Positions 9,319 to 19,564 of a DNA stretch of 64,000 bases are shown one piece after another. Below the pieces are notes generated by a model. It made no database searches, was not told the origin of the DNA, and saw only the letters and a program-made list of their open reading frames with translations. The number at the start of each line of letters is the position of its first letter. Positions within the stretch are counted from its first letter, which is position 1. Made by a program: the position numbers and the translations under genes. Source of the stretch: an uncultured bacterium (GTDB lineage Bacteria; Oederibacteriota; Oederibacteriia; Oederibacteriales; Oederibacteriaceae); the NCBI GenBank assembly GCA_965112635.1, contig OZ218778.1:1152001-1216000 (forward strand). Reading direction: 5' to 3'.

Positions 9319-10608
9319 CTACTTCCTATGTGCCTGTGGAACATAAGGTTTGCATTTTTTATCGGCAAAAATTGGTTTAAACCGGGTGAATCTCTGCAAA
9401 CCGTTCTCAAGAGGTATCTGCGCCCAGTCGTTGCCGATAAGCGGACGGGCGTACTGGATAAAGTCGTCGGTCACATCGAACTTGTTCTTGGTCAGCCATT
9501 TTTCCGGGAATTTCCGTTCAGAATTGGCGACTTTTTCAAGAGAGACTTTGTCATAGGTCACCGCGTATTGGTTGCCGGGCTTGCGCAGGATGGTGGACAT
9601 GTAGCCATTGCCGTCCTTGACGGCGATTTCCGCGGCTTTTTTACCCAGTTCGTAAGCCTCATCCAGGTCCACATTGGAAGCATAGAGGATAGCATTGCGT
9701 TGGTCTGTGCCAGAAACATTGCCCCGGGCAGCGCCGCGGGCTTTTAGGCCCACCTTGTTCAAATGGTTGACCACCACCTGGCCGACGGTGATCTGGCTAG
9801 CGCTGAATTTCACATGGCCAAAGCTGTCCTTGACCTCGCCTATATCGCCTACGGGAAATCCTTCGCTCACCACCACGATCACCCGGCCTCTTTTGACCAG
9901 TTCGGCGTTAACATTGTCGGTGAGCTGGTCGAGGTTCAAGCCGGACTCCACGAGATAAATCTGCAGGGGCATTTCATGGTTGGGGTCAGCGAGACGCGCC
10001 GCAGCCGGGATATAGCCGATCTTCCTGCCCATGGCCTGCACCACCAGGACAGGGTCGTCCGGGCAGGAACCGTTGTTCTCTTCATTGGCGTTCTGGATAT
10101 AGCAGGCCCAATATCTGGCCACGCTGCCGTAACCCGGGGTATGGTCGATGAGTTTGAATTCTGAATCTCCGACATCATTATCAATAGTTTTAGGGCCGCC
10201 GACCGCCACCAAGTCCAGGCCTTTTTGGCGGGCCAGGAGGCTGATCTTGTGGGCTGTGTCCATGGAGTCGTTGCCGCCTATATAAAAGAGGTAGCCGATA
10301 TCGTGCGCTTTAAAAACTTCGATGACGCGGTCAAAATCTTCGGTCTGTTTTTCTTTCAATTTATAGCGGCAGGTGCCGATGGAACCGGCTGCCGGAGTGG
10401 TCCTTAGAAGTTTGATCTCTTTTTCGTCCTGGCTGGAAATGTCTAATAGTTCTTCCCTTAAAATCCCTTCAACGCCGTGAAATCCAGCGTAGATCTTGCC
10501 GAATTTGTCAGGAGATTGCTTGCAGGCGTCGATAATGCCCCGCAGGGTATTGTTGATGACCGCGGAAGGGCCTCCGGATTGGGCGACGATAACATTCTTT
10601 GAAGACAT
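9319..10608 (-). CDS. pfp: Pyrophosphate-dependent phosphofructokinase
   Basis: AQSGGPSAVIN, GGNDS, PKTIDND and MGR motifs (Asp/Lys of PPi-type PFKs); GGAGG RBS before ATG 10608. Confidence 0.85.
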   Translation of the reverse strand: MSSKNVIVAQSGGPSAVINNTLRGIIDACKQSPDKFGKIYAGFHGVEGILREELLDISSQDEKEIKLLRTTPAAGSIGTCRYKLKEKQTEDFDRVIEVFKAHDIGYLFYIGGNDSMDTAHKISLLARQKGLDLVAVGGPKTIDNDVGDSEFKLIDHTPGYGSVARYWACYIQNANEENNGSCPDDPVLVVQAMGRKIGYIPAAARLADPNHEMPLQIYLVESGLNLDQLTDNVNAELVKRGRVIVVVSEGFPVGDIGEVKDSFGHVKFSASQITVGQVVVNHLNKVGLKARGAARGNVSGTDQRNAILYASNVDLDEAYELGKKAAEIAVKDGNGYMSTILRKPGNQYAVTYDKVSLEKVANSERKFPEKWLTKNKFDVTDDFIQYARPLIGNDWAQIPLENGLQRFTRFKPIFADKKCKPYVPQAHRK

Positions 10609-10635
10609 GAAGACCTCCATTATAAATTTCTTCCG

Positions 10636-10697
10636 GGGAGAATTCTTTTTAGGATTTAAGGAATTCTCCCGTCAAATGACCGTTCAGGTCATTTGAC
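10636..10697. repeat. Two abutting intra-operonic hairpins
   Basis: GGGAGAATTC...GAATTCTCCC directly followed by GTCAAATGACC...GGTCATTTGAC. Confidence 0.6.
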
Positions 10698-10699
10698 CC

Positions 10700-11587
10700 C
10701 TATTTCCAGGACGGAGTCGAGGGTAAAATAGACTCGAACTCATGGATCATTTTTTTCTCACAGTCCCCGGCATACTGGCCGTTCAGAAATTTCGCCAAGC
10801 CTTCATTATAAAAAAGCTCCCAGGATTTTTCTTCCTGGCCGGGATTGATGGGGAAATATAAAGCGTTATTAGCCTTGGCGGCCTTGTGGTCACCAGGGGC
10901 GTCACCGATCATCAAGATATGGTCTTTTTCATATTTACCTTCAGTAGCCAGCTTCAGGTGTTCCTTTTTAGTGCCCATTTCCTGGCCCGCGATCAGGGTC
11001 ACGTATTGTGCCAGACCGTGTTCTTCCCATTCTCTTTCCAGGGCCGGGGTGGGAGTGGCAGAAACCACCATGATGTCAGCGGATTTGGCAGCAGTTTCAA
11101 TGCTCTCTTTGACGAAAGGGAAAGGATAGGCGCCGTGCACCATGGCATCTACGTCGGCATTGACCGCCTTGCTCCAGGCCAGGGTCTTGGCCAGCAAGGG
11201 GTCCTTGGTTTCGTTGACCACTTTTTCCAGGCCGGGATTGCCCAAAGCAACACCTGATTCAATGAATTTTTTTAAAGGAGTGAGATCAGGAATCTTAACC
11301 TTAGATTTTTTGATCTCAGGCCTTTCGCGGAGCATTTCTAAAGTCATAAGCAAGGCGGGGAAGCGGTTGATACCTCGATGCACGGAATAAAGGTTGACCC
11401 ACTCGGCAACTTCGCGGCCGTATTTGGAGACCGCCTGTAAATCCCAATATTTGATGATGTTGGGGATAAAGCACTCTTTATGTTTGAGCTCCATAGTGGG
11501 GAAAGCGCAGCCGTCGGAATCGATACCGATAAAGAATTTTTTAGTTGGTTGGAGGGCTTTTAATCTTTCCTGCGAATATTTATCCAT
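10700..11587 (-). CDS. HAD-superfamily hydrolase (phosphatase)
   Basis: Motif I DSDG, motif II VVSAT, motif IV GDAPGD. Confidence 0.85.
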   Translation of the reverse strand: MDKYSQERLKALQPTKKFFIGIDSDGCAFPTMELKHKECFIPNIIKYWDLQAVSKYGREVAEWVNLYSVHRGINRFPALLMTLEMLRERPEIKKSKVKIPDLTPLKKFIESGVALGNPGLEKVVNETKDPLLAKTLAWSKAVNADVDAMVHGAYPFPFVKESIETAAKSADIMVVSATPTPALEREWEEHGLAQYVTLIAGQEMGTKKEHLKLATEGKYEKDHILMIGDAPGDHKAAKANNALYFPINPGQEEKSWELFYNEGLAKFLNGQYAGDCEKKMIHEFESILPSTPSWK

Positions 11588-11623
11588 TTGTTCTCCTAAT
11601 TTCTTATTAAAACTCCGTAAGGG

Positions 11624-13039
11624 TCACTCTGCTAGCCATTCAGTATGGAACGAACCTTTTTTGTCCACTCGCTCATAGGTATGGGCGCCGAAATAGTCGC
11701 GCTGGGCCTGCAAGAGATTGGCCGGGAGCTGCTTGCTGCGGTAGCTGTCATAGTAGGTGATGGCCGAGCTAAAAGCCGTGGAAGGGATGCCCAGGTCCAC
11801 GGCGGTTTTGACCACGGTCCTCCAATCCTCCTGGCCTTTGGTGATGACGGCCTTGAAAAAGGGGTCCAGCAGGAGGTTGGCCAGTTTGGGATTGCGGCCA
11901 TAGGCCTTGCGGATGCTTTCCAAAAATCTGGCCCGGATGATGCACCCGGCCCTCCAGAGCATGGCTATCTCGCCTAATTTCAGGTTCCATTGATATTCCT
12001 TGGAGGCGGCGTCCATGATGGCAAAACCCTGGGCATAAGAGCAGATCTTGGAGGCATACAATGCGTGGTAAATGGCTTTGATGAACTTTTTCTTGTCGCC
12101 TTTGAATTTTTTCCTGGTGCCCGGCAAGATTTTGGCGGCATTGACGCGTTCTTTTTTCAGGGCAGAAATACAACGGGCGAACACGGCCTCAGCCATGGTC
12201 GGAGCCGGGACGCCCAGGTCCAAGGCTACCTGGGAGGTCCATTTGCCCGTGCCTTTTTGCTCAGCGCGGTCGAGGATGACTTCGACCATAGGTTTGCCCG
12301 TTATCTTATCTTTTTTAGCCAGAATATCGGTGGTAATGGCGATGAGGTAGGAATCCAACTCGCTTTTGTTCCACTCGGCGAAGATCTCATGCATCTCCTG
12401 GTAGGAGAGACCGAGGGCCTGTTTCATCAGATGGAAAGCCTCGGTAATGAGCTGCATGTCACCGTACTCAATGCCGTTGTGCACCATTTTGACCAAATGG
12501 CCGGCACCGTCCGGGCCGATCCAGGCGCAGCAAGGAGTGCCGTCCGGAGCTTTGGCCGCGATTTTGGTGAAAATATCCTTGACCAGGGGCCAGGCCTTTT
12601 TAGAGCCGCCGGGCATGATGGCCGGGCCTTTGAGGGCGCCTTCCTCTCCTCCGGAAACGCCGGTACCGATAAAGAGAAGGCCATTGCTTTCCACATAAGC
12701 GGTGCGGCGGATGGAGTCGCGGAAATGGGAATTCCCCGCGTCAATAATAAGGTCGCCTTTGGCTAAAAAGGGGATAAGGTCATCAATGTTCTGGTCCACG
12801 GCCTTGCCTGCCGGCACCATCAGGATGATCTTGCGGGGTTTCTCCAGCTGACGGCATAGTTCTTGGAGAGAGTGCGCGATGGTGATGTTCTTGAAGGGCG
12901 CTTTTTCCTTTTTAAAAGCCTCTGCTTTGGCGATATCGCGGCGGTAACCTACGACCGAAAAGCCCCGGCTTTCTATATTAAGAGCCAGGTTCTCGCCCAT
13001 GACCCCCAGACCTATCATTCCGACATCAGATTTGGCCAT
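11624..13039 (-). CDS. gnd: 6-phosphogluconate dehydrogenase (decarboxylating)
   Basis: GLGVMG, GVSGGEEGA, KMVHNGIEYGDMQ, QKGTGKW, QAQRDYFGAHTY. Confidence 0.97.
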   Translation of the reverse strand: MAKSDVGMIGLGVMGENLALNIESRGFSVVGYRRDIAKAEAFKKEKAPFKNITIAHSLQELCRQLEKPRKIILMVPAGKAVDQNIDDLIPFLAKGDLIIDAGNSHFRDSIRRTAYVESNGLLFIGTGVSGGEEGALKGPAIMPGGSKKAWPLVKDIFTKIAAKAPDGTPCCAWIGPDGAGHLVKMVHNGIEYGDMQLITEAFHLMKQALGLSYQEMHEIFAEWNKSELDSYLIAITTDILAKKDKITGKPMVEVILDRAEQKGTGKWTSQVALDLGVPAPTMAEAVFARCISALKKERVNAAKILPGTRKKFKGDKKKFIKAIYHALYASKICSYAQGFAIMDAASKEYQWNLKLGEIAMLWRAGCIIRARFLESIRKAYGRNPKLANLLLDPFFKAVITKGQEDWRTVVKTAVDLGIPSTAFSSAITYYDSYRSKQLPANLLQAQRDYFGAHTYERVDKKGSFHTEWLAE

Positions 13040-13223
13040 TAAAATCCCCCTTTTGACTTTTTTTCGTTAGGAGAGTTTCTTGCTCAGGTGAAAACAAAAA
13101 AATTATACATCATTCACAAAGTAAAATCATGCCCTGATTTAGGAAGTTGGTTGTAGTTTAAAAAGAAAGCGAGAGAGGTTAAAATAAGGCTTTGTTCAGA
13201 AGCTCGTTTGTAAGGGAGGTAAT

Positions 13224-13814
13224 ATGTCAATCCAGGAATCTCTGATAGACAAGTCAAAGACAGCTCTGGTGGTCATCGACCTCCAAAAAGGGATAGCGGG
13301 CAGGCAGACAGCACCTTATCCGGCAGAGGTGGTTATCAAGAATGCGTCGCTTATCGCTGACGCCTTTAGAAAAAACAGCATGCCGGTCTTTCTCGTGCGG
13401 GTGACCCCGTCCCCGGACGGCAAAGATTCTTTGCGCCCCATAGCTGACGTGGCCATACCTTTCCCAACTCCTCAGCCGGGCTGGGCGGAGATCGTTCCGG
13501 CCATGGGGCCGAAACCAGGGGACTTTATCATCACCAAGCACCAATGGGGCGCTTTTTACGGCACAGAGCTGGACCTGGAGTTCAGGAGGCGGGGTATCAC
13601 GACCATGGTGCTGTGCGGCATTTCCACCAACATCGGCGTGGAGAGCACGGCCAGATTCGCCTACGAATACGGCTACCAGCAAATTTTCGCGGAGGACGCC
13701 ATGACCTCCATGTCCGCCGAGGAGCACCAGCACACCGTGACCAAAATTTTTCCCCGCATGGGCAGGGTGAGAAAAACAAAAGATATCTTGGACGGCCTTA
13801 GCCGTCCTGCTTGA
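13224..13814 (+). CDS. yecD: Isochorismatase-family hydrolase (YecD-like)
   Basis: ALVVIDLQ, KHQWGAFYGTELD, GISTNIGVESTAR; GGAGG RBS. Confidence 0.8.
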   Translation: MSIQESLIDKSKTALVVIDLQKGIAGRQTAPYPAEVVIKNASLIADAFRKNSMPVFLVRVTPSPDGKDSLRPIADVAIPFPTPQPGWAEIVPAMGPKPGDFIITKHQWGAFYGTELDLEFRRRGITTMVLCGISTNIGVESTARFAYEYGYQQIFAEDAMTSMSAEEHQHTVTKIFPRMGRVRKTKDILDGLSRPA

Positions 13815-13824
13815 GGGAGAGTTA

Positions 13825-14349
13825 GTGGACCAGGAAAAACTGCACAGGGATTTTCACTATGCGATGAAGCACACTAAGATCGTGGTGCCGGTCAAGCAGA
13901 CCCTTTTTACCTTTGCGCCAACAGACATCCGTTATTTTCTTGTTACAGGACTCGTATCCAAGGCCAGTGTGGAGATGCGCAAGGGCAAGTTGACCGTGGA
14001 GCGACCGGGTATTATCACGCCTTCCGTTATTTTTGAACGCTTTTTCGAGGGGTTTGACCAGGACCAGAGGGAATATCTTGAAGGCATGCTCCAGGAGAGC
14101 GGATTCAGGGGACTCCAGTATAAATACAAGAATGAGACCGAGACCGTGGAGGTACTGAGTAATGACCTGGAAAGCCTGCTCAAAAACCTTAAACAGGAAG
14201 CCTTGTCCAAGCCCTTGTCCCGGACAACCGTCATACAGGGCGTGCCAGACATGTGGAGCCTCTCTCTGATGAAATGCGTGATGGAGTTGACCTCTGGGTC
14301 GTTCCCAGGCAACATCAAAGACCTGGAAGAACACGGGTGGTATCAGTAA
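13825..14349 (+). CDS. Hypothetical protein
   Basis: 174-aa ORF, GTG start with GGAG RBS right after the upstream gene; no motif recognised. Confidence 0.65.
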   Translation: MDQEKLHRDFHYAMKHTKIVVPVKQTLFTFAPTDIRYFLVTGLVSKASVEMRKGKLTVERPGIITPSVIFERFFEGFDQDQREYLEGMLQESGFRGLQYKYKNETETVEVLSNDLESLLKNLKQEALSKPLSRTTVIQGVPDMWSLSLMKCVMELTSGSFPGNIKDLEEHGWYQ

Positions 14350-14481
14350 TTTATTTTAAAAAAGTCCTGAAAATATGGCAGACTGCTGTTTTGTTTGTTA
14401 AAATCCTCTCGAAGTTCAAAAACGATCGCCTAGTCTAATCCAATATTTTCTAGAATATCAAAATACAAGGGATGTGGTCTC

Positions 14482-17052
14482 ATGCCTAACGGCGGAAATA
14501 ATCAACAGCCCAAAACACCTACGCTGAACCTGGACGATGTTGCCTGCCCCCTGCCGGAACTTTTCGCCAAACTAAAGACAACCGAGAACGGCTTGTCCGA
14601 TAAGGCGGCCCGCCAAAAGCTTTTGGAGGACGGACCGAATGAAGCGGTGGTGGAAAAAAAGCACGGAGTCCTTTTCCAATTCTTTTCCAAATTTCTCCAT
14701 CCCCTGGTGATCCTTTTACTGGTCATCGGGACCTTTTCTTTCATTTTTGACGAAAAAATCAGCGCCTCTATCGTCCTTCTTTTGGCGGTCATCAGCGTAT
14801 TCCTGACTTTTATCCAGGAGTACCGCTCCGGCAAGGAAGCGGAGAAGTTAAAACGTATGGTGCGGACCACGGCGACCGTATACCGGAACAACAAACAGCG
14901 GGAGATCCAGATACGGGATATAGTCCGGGGAGACGTGATCTATCTTTCCGCGGGCGATATGGTGCCGGCCGACCTGAGGATCATTTCATGCAAGGACCTG
15001 TTCATCAACCACTCGGCCCTGACCGGTGAATCGTTCCAGGTGGAAAAGACGGCAACGCCGCCGGCTGACCCCAAAAAACTTTCCCTGTCCGAATTAAATA
15101 ATATGGTGTTCATGGGCTCGAGCGTGGTGAGCGGGACCGCCAATGCCGTGGTGGTCAGCGCAGGGGCGTCCACGCAGTTCGGGGAGGTTTCCAGGCGCGT
15201 CTCGGCCACCGCTGTCCAGACCAGTTTTGACAAAGGGGTCAGGAAGTTCACCTGGGTCATGATACGCATCATGTCGGTCCTGGTCGTATTCATCTTTGGC
15301 GCCAATATGTTCCTCAAGGGAAACTTCAAGGATTCCCTCCTGTTCGCGCTTTGCGTGGCCGTAGGGCTGACGCCGGAGATGCTGCCCATGCTGGTCGCGC
15401 TGTGCCTGTCCAAAGGCGCCATCGCCATGTCGCGAAAAAGCGTGATCGTCAAGCGGCTGAACTCCATCCAGAATTTCGGGGCCATGGACGTGCTGTGCAC
15501 CGATAAAACAGGGACCCTGACGGAAGACAAGATCATCCTGGAAAAACACTGCGACGTGGTGCGGGAACAAAGCGACAATGTCCTGACCTACGCTTACCTC
15601 AACAGCTATTACCAGACGGGCTTGAAGAACATTTTGGACCGGGCCATCCTAAAATACGCCAAGCTGGCCCTGGAACAATACAAAAAGGTCGATGAAATTC
15701 CTTTTGATTTCGCCCGCCGGATCATGTCCGTGGTCGTGGAAAAGGACGGGCAGCACATTTTGATCGCCAAGGGGGCGCCTGAGGAGATCATCAAGAGATG
15801 CACTCATTATGAATTGGATAAAGAGGTCTTTGAAAAAGAGGAGCTGGTGCTGGCCGACCTTATCAAGGAGTGCGACTCCTTAAGCGCGGATGGGTTCAGG
15901 GTTTTGGCGATAGCCTATAAAAATTTCAAAGAAAAGAAAGAGGCATACTCCCGCAACGATGAAAGCGAAATGGTCCTGTTCGGCTACGTGGCTTTCCTGG
16001 ACCCTCCCAAGCTTAGCACCAAAAAGGCCATCCTGGGCCTGCAAAAGCTGGGCGTCCAGGTCAAGGTCCTGACCGGCGACAATGACCTGGTGACCCGTAA
16101 GATATGCGGCGAGGTAGGCCTCGATGTCCAGGGACTTCTCACGGGCCAGCAGATCGAGGGGATGACCGACCAGGAACTGCAGGAAAAGGTCAAAACGACC
16201 ACGGTTTTTGCCCGGTTGTCGCCTTTTCAAAAGGAAAAGGTCATCCACGCGCTTCATGCCAACAACCACATCGTGGGTTTTTTGGGGGACGGGATCAATG
16301 ACGCTCCGGCTTTAAAGACCGCGGACGTGGGCATCTCGGTCAATAACGCCGTAGATATCGCCAAGGAATCGGCGGATTTCATCCTCCTTAAAAAGAGCCT
16401 TATGGTCCTGCAGGACGGCGTCATCGAAGGCCGGAGGACATTCGGGAATATCGTCAAATACGTTCGTATGGGTGCCAGCTCCAATTTTGGGAATATGTTC
16501 AGTATGACCGGTTCCACTATGGTCCTGCCTTTCCTGCCCATGCTGCCCATCCAAATATTGTTGAATAATTTCTTGTACGACCTTTCACAGGCCCCTATCC
16601 CGACGGACCATGTGGATGATGTCTATGTCACTAAACCAAGACCATGGAACATAAAATCAATAAGAAATTTCATGTTCTGGTTCGGGCCGCTAAGCTCGAT
16701 TTTCGACTACGTGACCTTTGGTTTTCTGATGCTTATTGTCCATGCGCCGCAAGACCTGTTCCACACCACCTGGTTCCTGGAATCGTTATGCACCCAAACC
16801 ATGGTCATCTTCGTGATACGCACCACCGAGACGCCTTTTGTAAAAAGCTGGCCCAGCCTTCCTCTTTTAATTTCTTCGCTTGCGATCGTTTCTTTTGGGT
16901 TCTGGTTGCCTTTTTCGCCCTTTGCCAATGTTTTTGGGTTTGTCCAGCCGCCTTTGTTTTATATTGGAGCCATCCTTTTGATCACTCTCATTTACCTTGT
17001 ATTGGCGGAAATTTTGAAAAGGATATTTGCTAAGAAATACGGAGTAAATTGA
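14482..17052 (+). CDS. mgtA: Magnesium-translocating P-type ATPase
   Basis: TGES, AVGLTPEMLP, DKTGTLT, GDGIND, SSNFGNMFS. Confidence 0.93.
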   Translation: MPNGGNNQQPKTPTLNLDDVACPLPELFAKLKTTENGLSDKAARQKLLEDGPNEAVVEKKHGVLFQFFSKFLHPLVILLLVIGTFSFIFDEKISASIVLLLAVISVFLTFIQEYRSGKEAEKLKRMVRTTATVYRNNKQREIQIRDIVRGDVIYLSAGDMVPADLRIISCKDLFINHSALTGESFQVEKTATPPADPKKLSLSELNNMVFMGSSVVSGTANAVVVSAGASTQFGEVSRRVSATAVQTSFDKGVRKFTWVMIRIMSVLVVFIFGANMFLKGNFKDSLLFALCVAVGLTPEMLPMLVALCLSKGAIAMSRKSVIVKRLNSIQNFGAMDVLCTDKTGTLTEDKIILEKHCDVVREQSDNVLTYAYLNSYYQTGLKNILDRAILKYAKLALEQYKKVDEIPFDFARRIMSVVVEKDGQHILIAKGAPEEIIKRCTHYELDKEVFEKEELVLADLIKECDSLSADGFRVLAIAYKNFKEKKEAYSRNDESEMVLFGYVAFLDPPKLSTKKAILGLQKLGVQVKVLTGDNDLVTRKICGEVGLDVQGLLTGQQIEGMTDQELQEKVKTTTVFARLSPFQKEKVIHALHANNHIVGFLGDGINDAPALKTADVGISVNNAVDIAKESADFILLKKSLMVLQDGVIEGRRTFGNIVKYVRMGASSNFGNMFSMTGSTMVLPFLPMLPIQILLNNFLYDLSQAPIPTDHVDDVYVTKPRPWNIKSIRNFMFWFGPLSSIFDYVTFGFLMLIVHAPQDLFHTTWFLESLCTQTMVIFVIRTTETPFVKSWPSLPLLISSLAIVSFGFWLPFSPFANVFGFVQPPLFYIGAILLITLIYLVLAEILKRIFAKKYGVN

Positions 17053-17085
17053 TACAACAAAAAAACAGAGGGAGGGGTCTTTAAA

Positions 17086-18162
17086 ATGAAACAGGTTTAT
17101 TTCTTGCCGCTGCTTGTTTTCGGATTGGTGGGTACTGGGTTTGGGCAGGGAACCGAAAGCCCCAAAGAACTTCCTGCAGCCACCAGCGCAAAACTTCCCC
17201 GCTGGAGAGGTTTTAATCTTTTAAATAAATTCACCTTGCGTGATAACAAACCTTTTGAAGAGTCTGATTTCCAGATTGTTTCCGAGCTGGGATTTAACTT
17301 TGTCAGGCTGCCCATGGATTACCGCTGCTGGATAGTCAAGGGGGACTGGGACCAGTTCAACGAGCAAGCCTTTAAGGAGATCGACCAGACCGTTACCTGG
17401 GGAAAGAAGTATCATGTCCATGTCAGCCTCAATTTCCACCGGGGGCCGGGTTACTGCGTCAACTCGCCCAAAGAGCCAACGGATCTATGGACCGATCCTG
17501 AATCCCAAGAAATATTCGCCAAGCACTGGGCTTTTTTTGCCAAAAGGTACCGCGGGATTCCCAATAGCCAATTGAGTTTTGACCTGCTCAATGAGCCGGG
17601 GGATATTGATGAAAAGTCCTATGTCCAGGCCATGACCAAGGCGGTCGAGGCCATCCGGCGTGAAGATCCGAGCCGGCTGATCATTGTGGAAGGAATAAAG
17701 TGGGGCAACCAGCCTGTGCCTGAATTGGCAGGGTTGGGTGTGGCCCAAAGCACGCGGGGTTACAATCCCATGAGCGTCAGCCACTACCGCGCTTCTTGGA
17801 TCAAAGGGTCGGACACCTGGACCGTGCCTAGCTGGCCGGTCCAGCCGGTCCATCCCGGCCCAACCTTTGACCGGAAAGCCCTGTGGAAACAGCAGATAGA
17901 GCCTTGGAAAAAGCTCGAAGCTCTAGGAGTTGGGGTCCATGTGGGGGAGTGGGGAGCTTTTAATAAAACACCGCACGAGGTTGTGCTGGCCTGGATGCGC
18001 GACTGTTTAGATAACTGGAAAAAGGCCGGATGGGGCTGGGCTCTATGGAACCTGCGGGGCAGTTTCGGCATCCTGGACAGCGAGCGGGCTGATGTGCAAT
18101 ACGAAGATTTTCATGGACATAAGCTGGACAGGAAGATGCTGGAACTGTTGCAGGCTTATTGA
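17086..18162 (+). CDS. GH5 family glycoside hydrolase, secreted
   Basis: Signal peptide; RGFNL, GFNFVRLP, catalytic NEP and VGEWG motifs. Confidence 0.9.
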   Translation: MKQVYFLPLLVFGLVGTGFGQGTESPKELPAATSAKLPRWRGFNLLNKFTLRDNKPFEESDFQIVSELGFNFVRLPMDYRCWIVKGDWDQFNEQAFKEIDQTVTWGKKYHVHVSLNFHRGPGYCVNSPKEPTDLWTDPESQEIFAKHWAFFAKRYRGIPNSQLSFDLLNEPGDIDEKSYVQAMTKAVEAIRREDPSRLIIVEGIKWGNQPVPELAGLGVAQSTRGYNPMSVSHYRASWIKGSDTWTVPSWPVQPVHPGPTFDRKALWKQQIEPWKKLEALGVGVHVGEWGAFNKTPHEVVLAWMRDCLDNWKKAGWGWALWNLRGSFGILDSERADVQYEDFHGHKLDRKMLELLQAY

Positions 18163-18192
18163 CCGCTCTATTTGATCCGGTTCCGTATTAAT

Positions 18193-19326
18193 TCAAAAGG
18201 TAAAGCCTAGATCAAGAAGTCTTTGTTTCTGGTTGTCCACCAAGCCTTGGGTCCTCAGCCGTGTGTTAAAGAATTCCCTGCGCCGGTAATTTTTTCGCAG
18301 GCCGTCGAAATATTTGGCTCTTTCTTCTTGAGGCAGGCTGGCCTGCTTGCGCAAGTTGGAGTCGTCATTTTCTATGTTATATAGTTTTTGGACAACCTCC
18401 CCGACCTTTTCCAAAAAATTTTCCTTATTTAAAGAGATATCCAAAGAGGGGATGTCGACGGGGGGGAGTTGTGGTTGCCAGGATGGCGAAGTTCCCAAAA
18501 ACTTGCACAGGGCCTGATAGATCAATGAGGTGCCATTAGTTTTACCTTCCAAAGAAAGGCCCGCGATGTGAGCGGTCCCTAGTTCAACCAGCGATAAAAG
18601 TTCCAAGTCGATCAGGGGTTCAGTAAACCATACGTCGAGCATGGCCGCGGAAAGCTGGCCGGATCTAAGCGCCTGCTTGAGGGACGGCTCTTCCACGACC
18701 TGGCCGCGGCAAGAGTTGATGAGGATACTCCCTCGTTTCATTTTGGCGAGCCGCTGGCTGTCAAAGAAAAGCCGGGTGGCGTCCGGTCCGTCCGTGTTTA
18801 AGGGGACATGCAAAGTGATGATATCGCAGTTCATCAGGTCATCCAAAGGCAGGAATTCCGGGTCATGAGTTTGGCGGGCCAGCGGGGGGTCGTTGCAAAG
18901 GACTTTGATACCCAGGGCCCGCGCTTTTTTTACGACCTTGTTCCCCACATTGCCAACTCCGACCACACCCAAAGTTATTTGGGGGATGTTTGTCCTGCCC
19001 CTGCGGTGCAACGCCAACAGGCCGGCTACAATATATTCAGCGACCGAGTTGGAGTTGCCTCCGGCCGCGTGGGCAAAACCGATATTTTTTGATCGTAAAT
19101 AAGTCATATCCACATGTTCGAAACCGGCTGTCGCCGTGCCGACGAACTTGACCTTGCTGTTATCCAGCAAACCTTTGTTGACCTTGGTCACGTGGCGGCA
19201 TATCAAGATGTCGGTATCCCGGACGGTTTCCGGGGTAATCTCCCGCCCCGGAAGGATGCGGATATCGCCAAACGAACGAAATGCTTCTTTGGCCAAAGGA
19301 ATGTTTTCGTCGATGAGCAGCTTTAT
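18193..19326 (-). CDS. pdxB: 4-phosphoerythronate dehydrogenase
   Basis: (I)KLLIDENIPLAKEAF N-terminus, TATAGFEH, NSNSVAEY, GVGNVG, LDVW, HIAG, RKNYRRREF; family-like sequence extends to an ATA codon at 19326. Confidence 0.88.
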   Translation of the reverse strand: MKLLIDENIPLAKEAFRSFGDIRILPGREITPETVRDTDILICRHVTKVNKGLLDNSKVKFVGTATAGFEHVDMTYLRSKNIGFAHAAGGNSNSVAEYIVAGLLALHRRGRTNIPQITLGVVGVGNVGNKVVKKARALGIKVLCNDPPLARQTHDPEFLPLDDLMNCDIITLHVPLNTDGPDATRLFFDSQRLAKMKRGSILINSCRGQVVEEPSLKQALRSGQLSAAMLDVWFTEPLIDLELLSLVELGTAHIAGLSLEGKTNGTSLIYQALCKFLGTSPSWQPQLPPVDIPSLDISLNKENFLEKVGEVVQKLYNIENDDSNLRKQASLPQEERAKYFDGLRKNYRRREFFNTRLRTQGLVDNQKQRLLDLGFTF

Positions 19327-19564
19327 GTTATTTACCTCTCTTGTCTTAAAATAAACTCAGGATAAGTAAAACCCCAAAGACCTCTAAGCGGATTATATAG
19401 TATTTCTTATTACCTATCTCTTGCGCAGGGGAAAAAATATGATACACTCTTTGAAAATTACGGCAGGAAATTTTCTGCCAAGAAGAAAGGGAACACGCCA
19501 CTATAATCGTTTGGGGAGCCAAGGAACACTTAAGTTTCATTGTTAAAATTAAAAGGTTTTCTCG

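Noticed and set aside
14350-14481. Mg2+ riboswitch (M-box) or leader peptide upstream of mgtA
   Set aside because: The gap is short and AT-rich, with no recognisable M-box structure or terminator.
19480-19530. Cobalamin- or c-di-AMP-riboswitch-like fragments (AAGGGAA, GCCACT, TTGGGGAG)
   Set aside because: Only isolated short matches; the other conserved elements are missing. Kept only as an unexplained structured leader.
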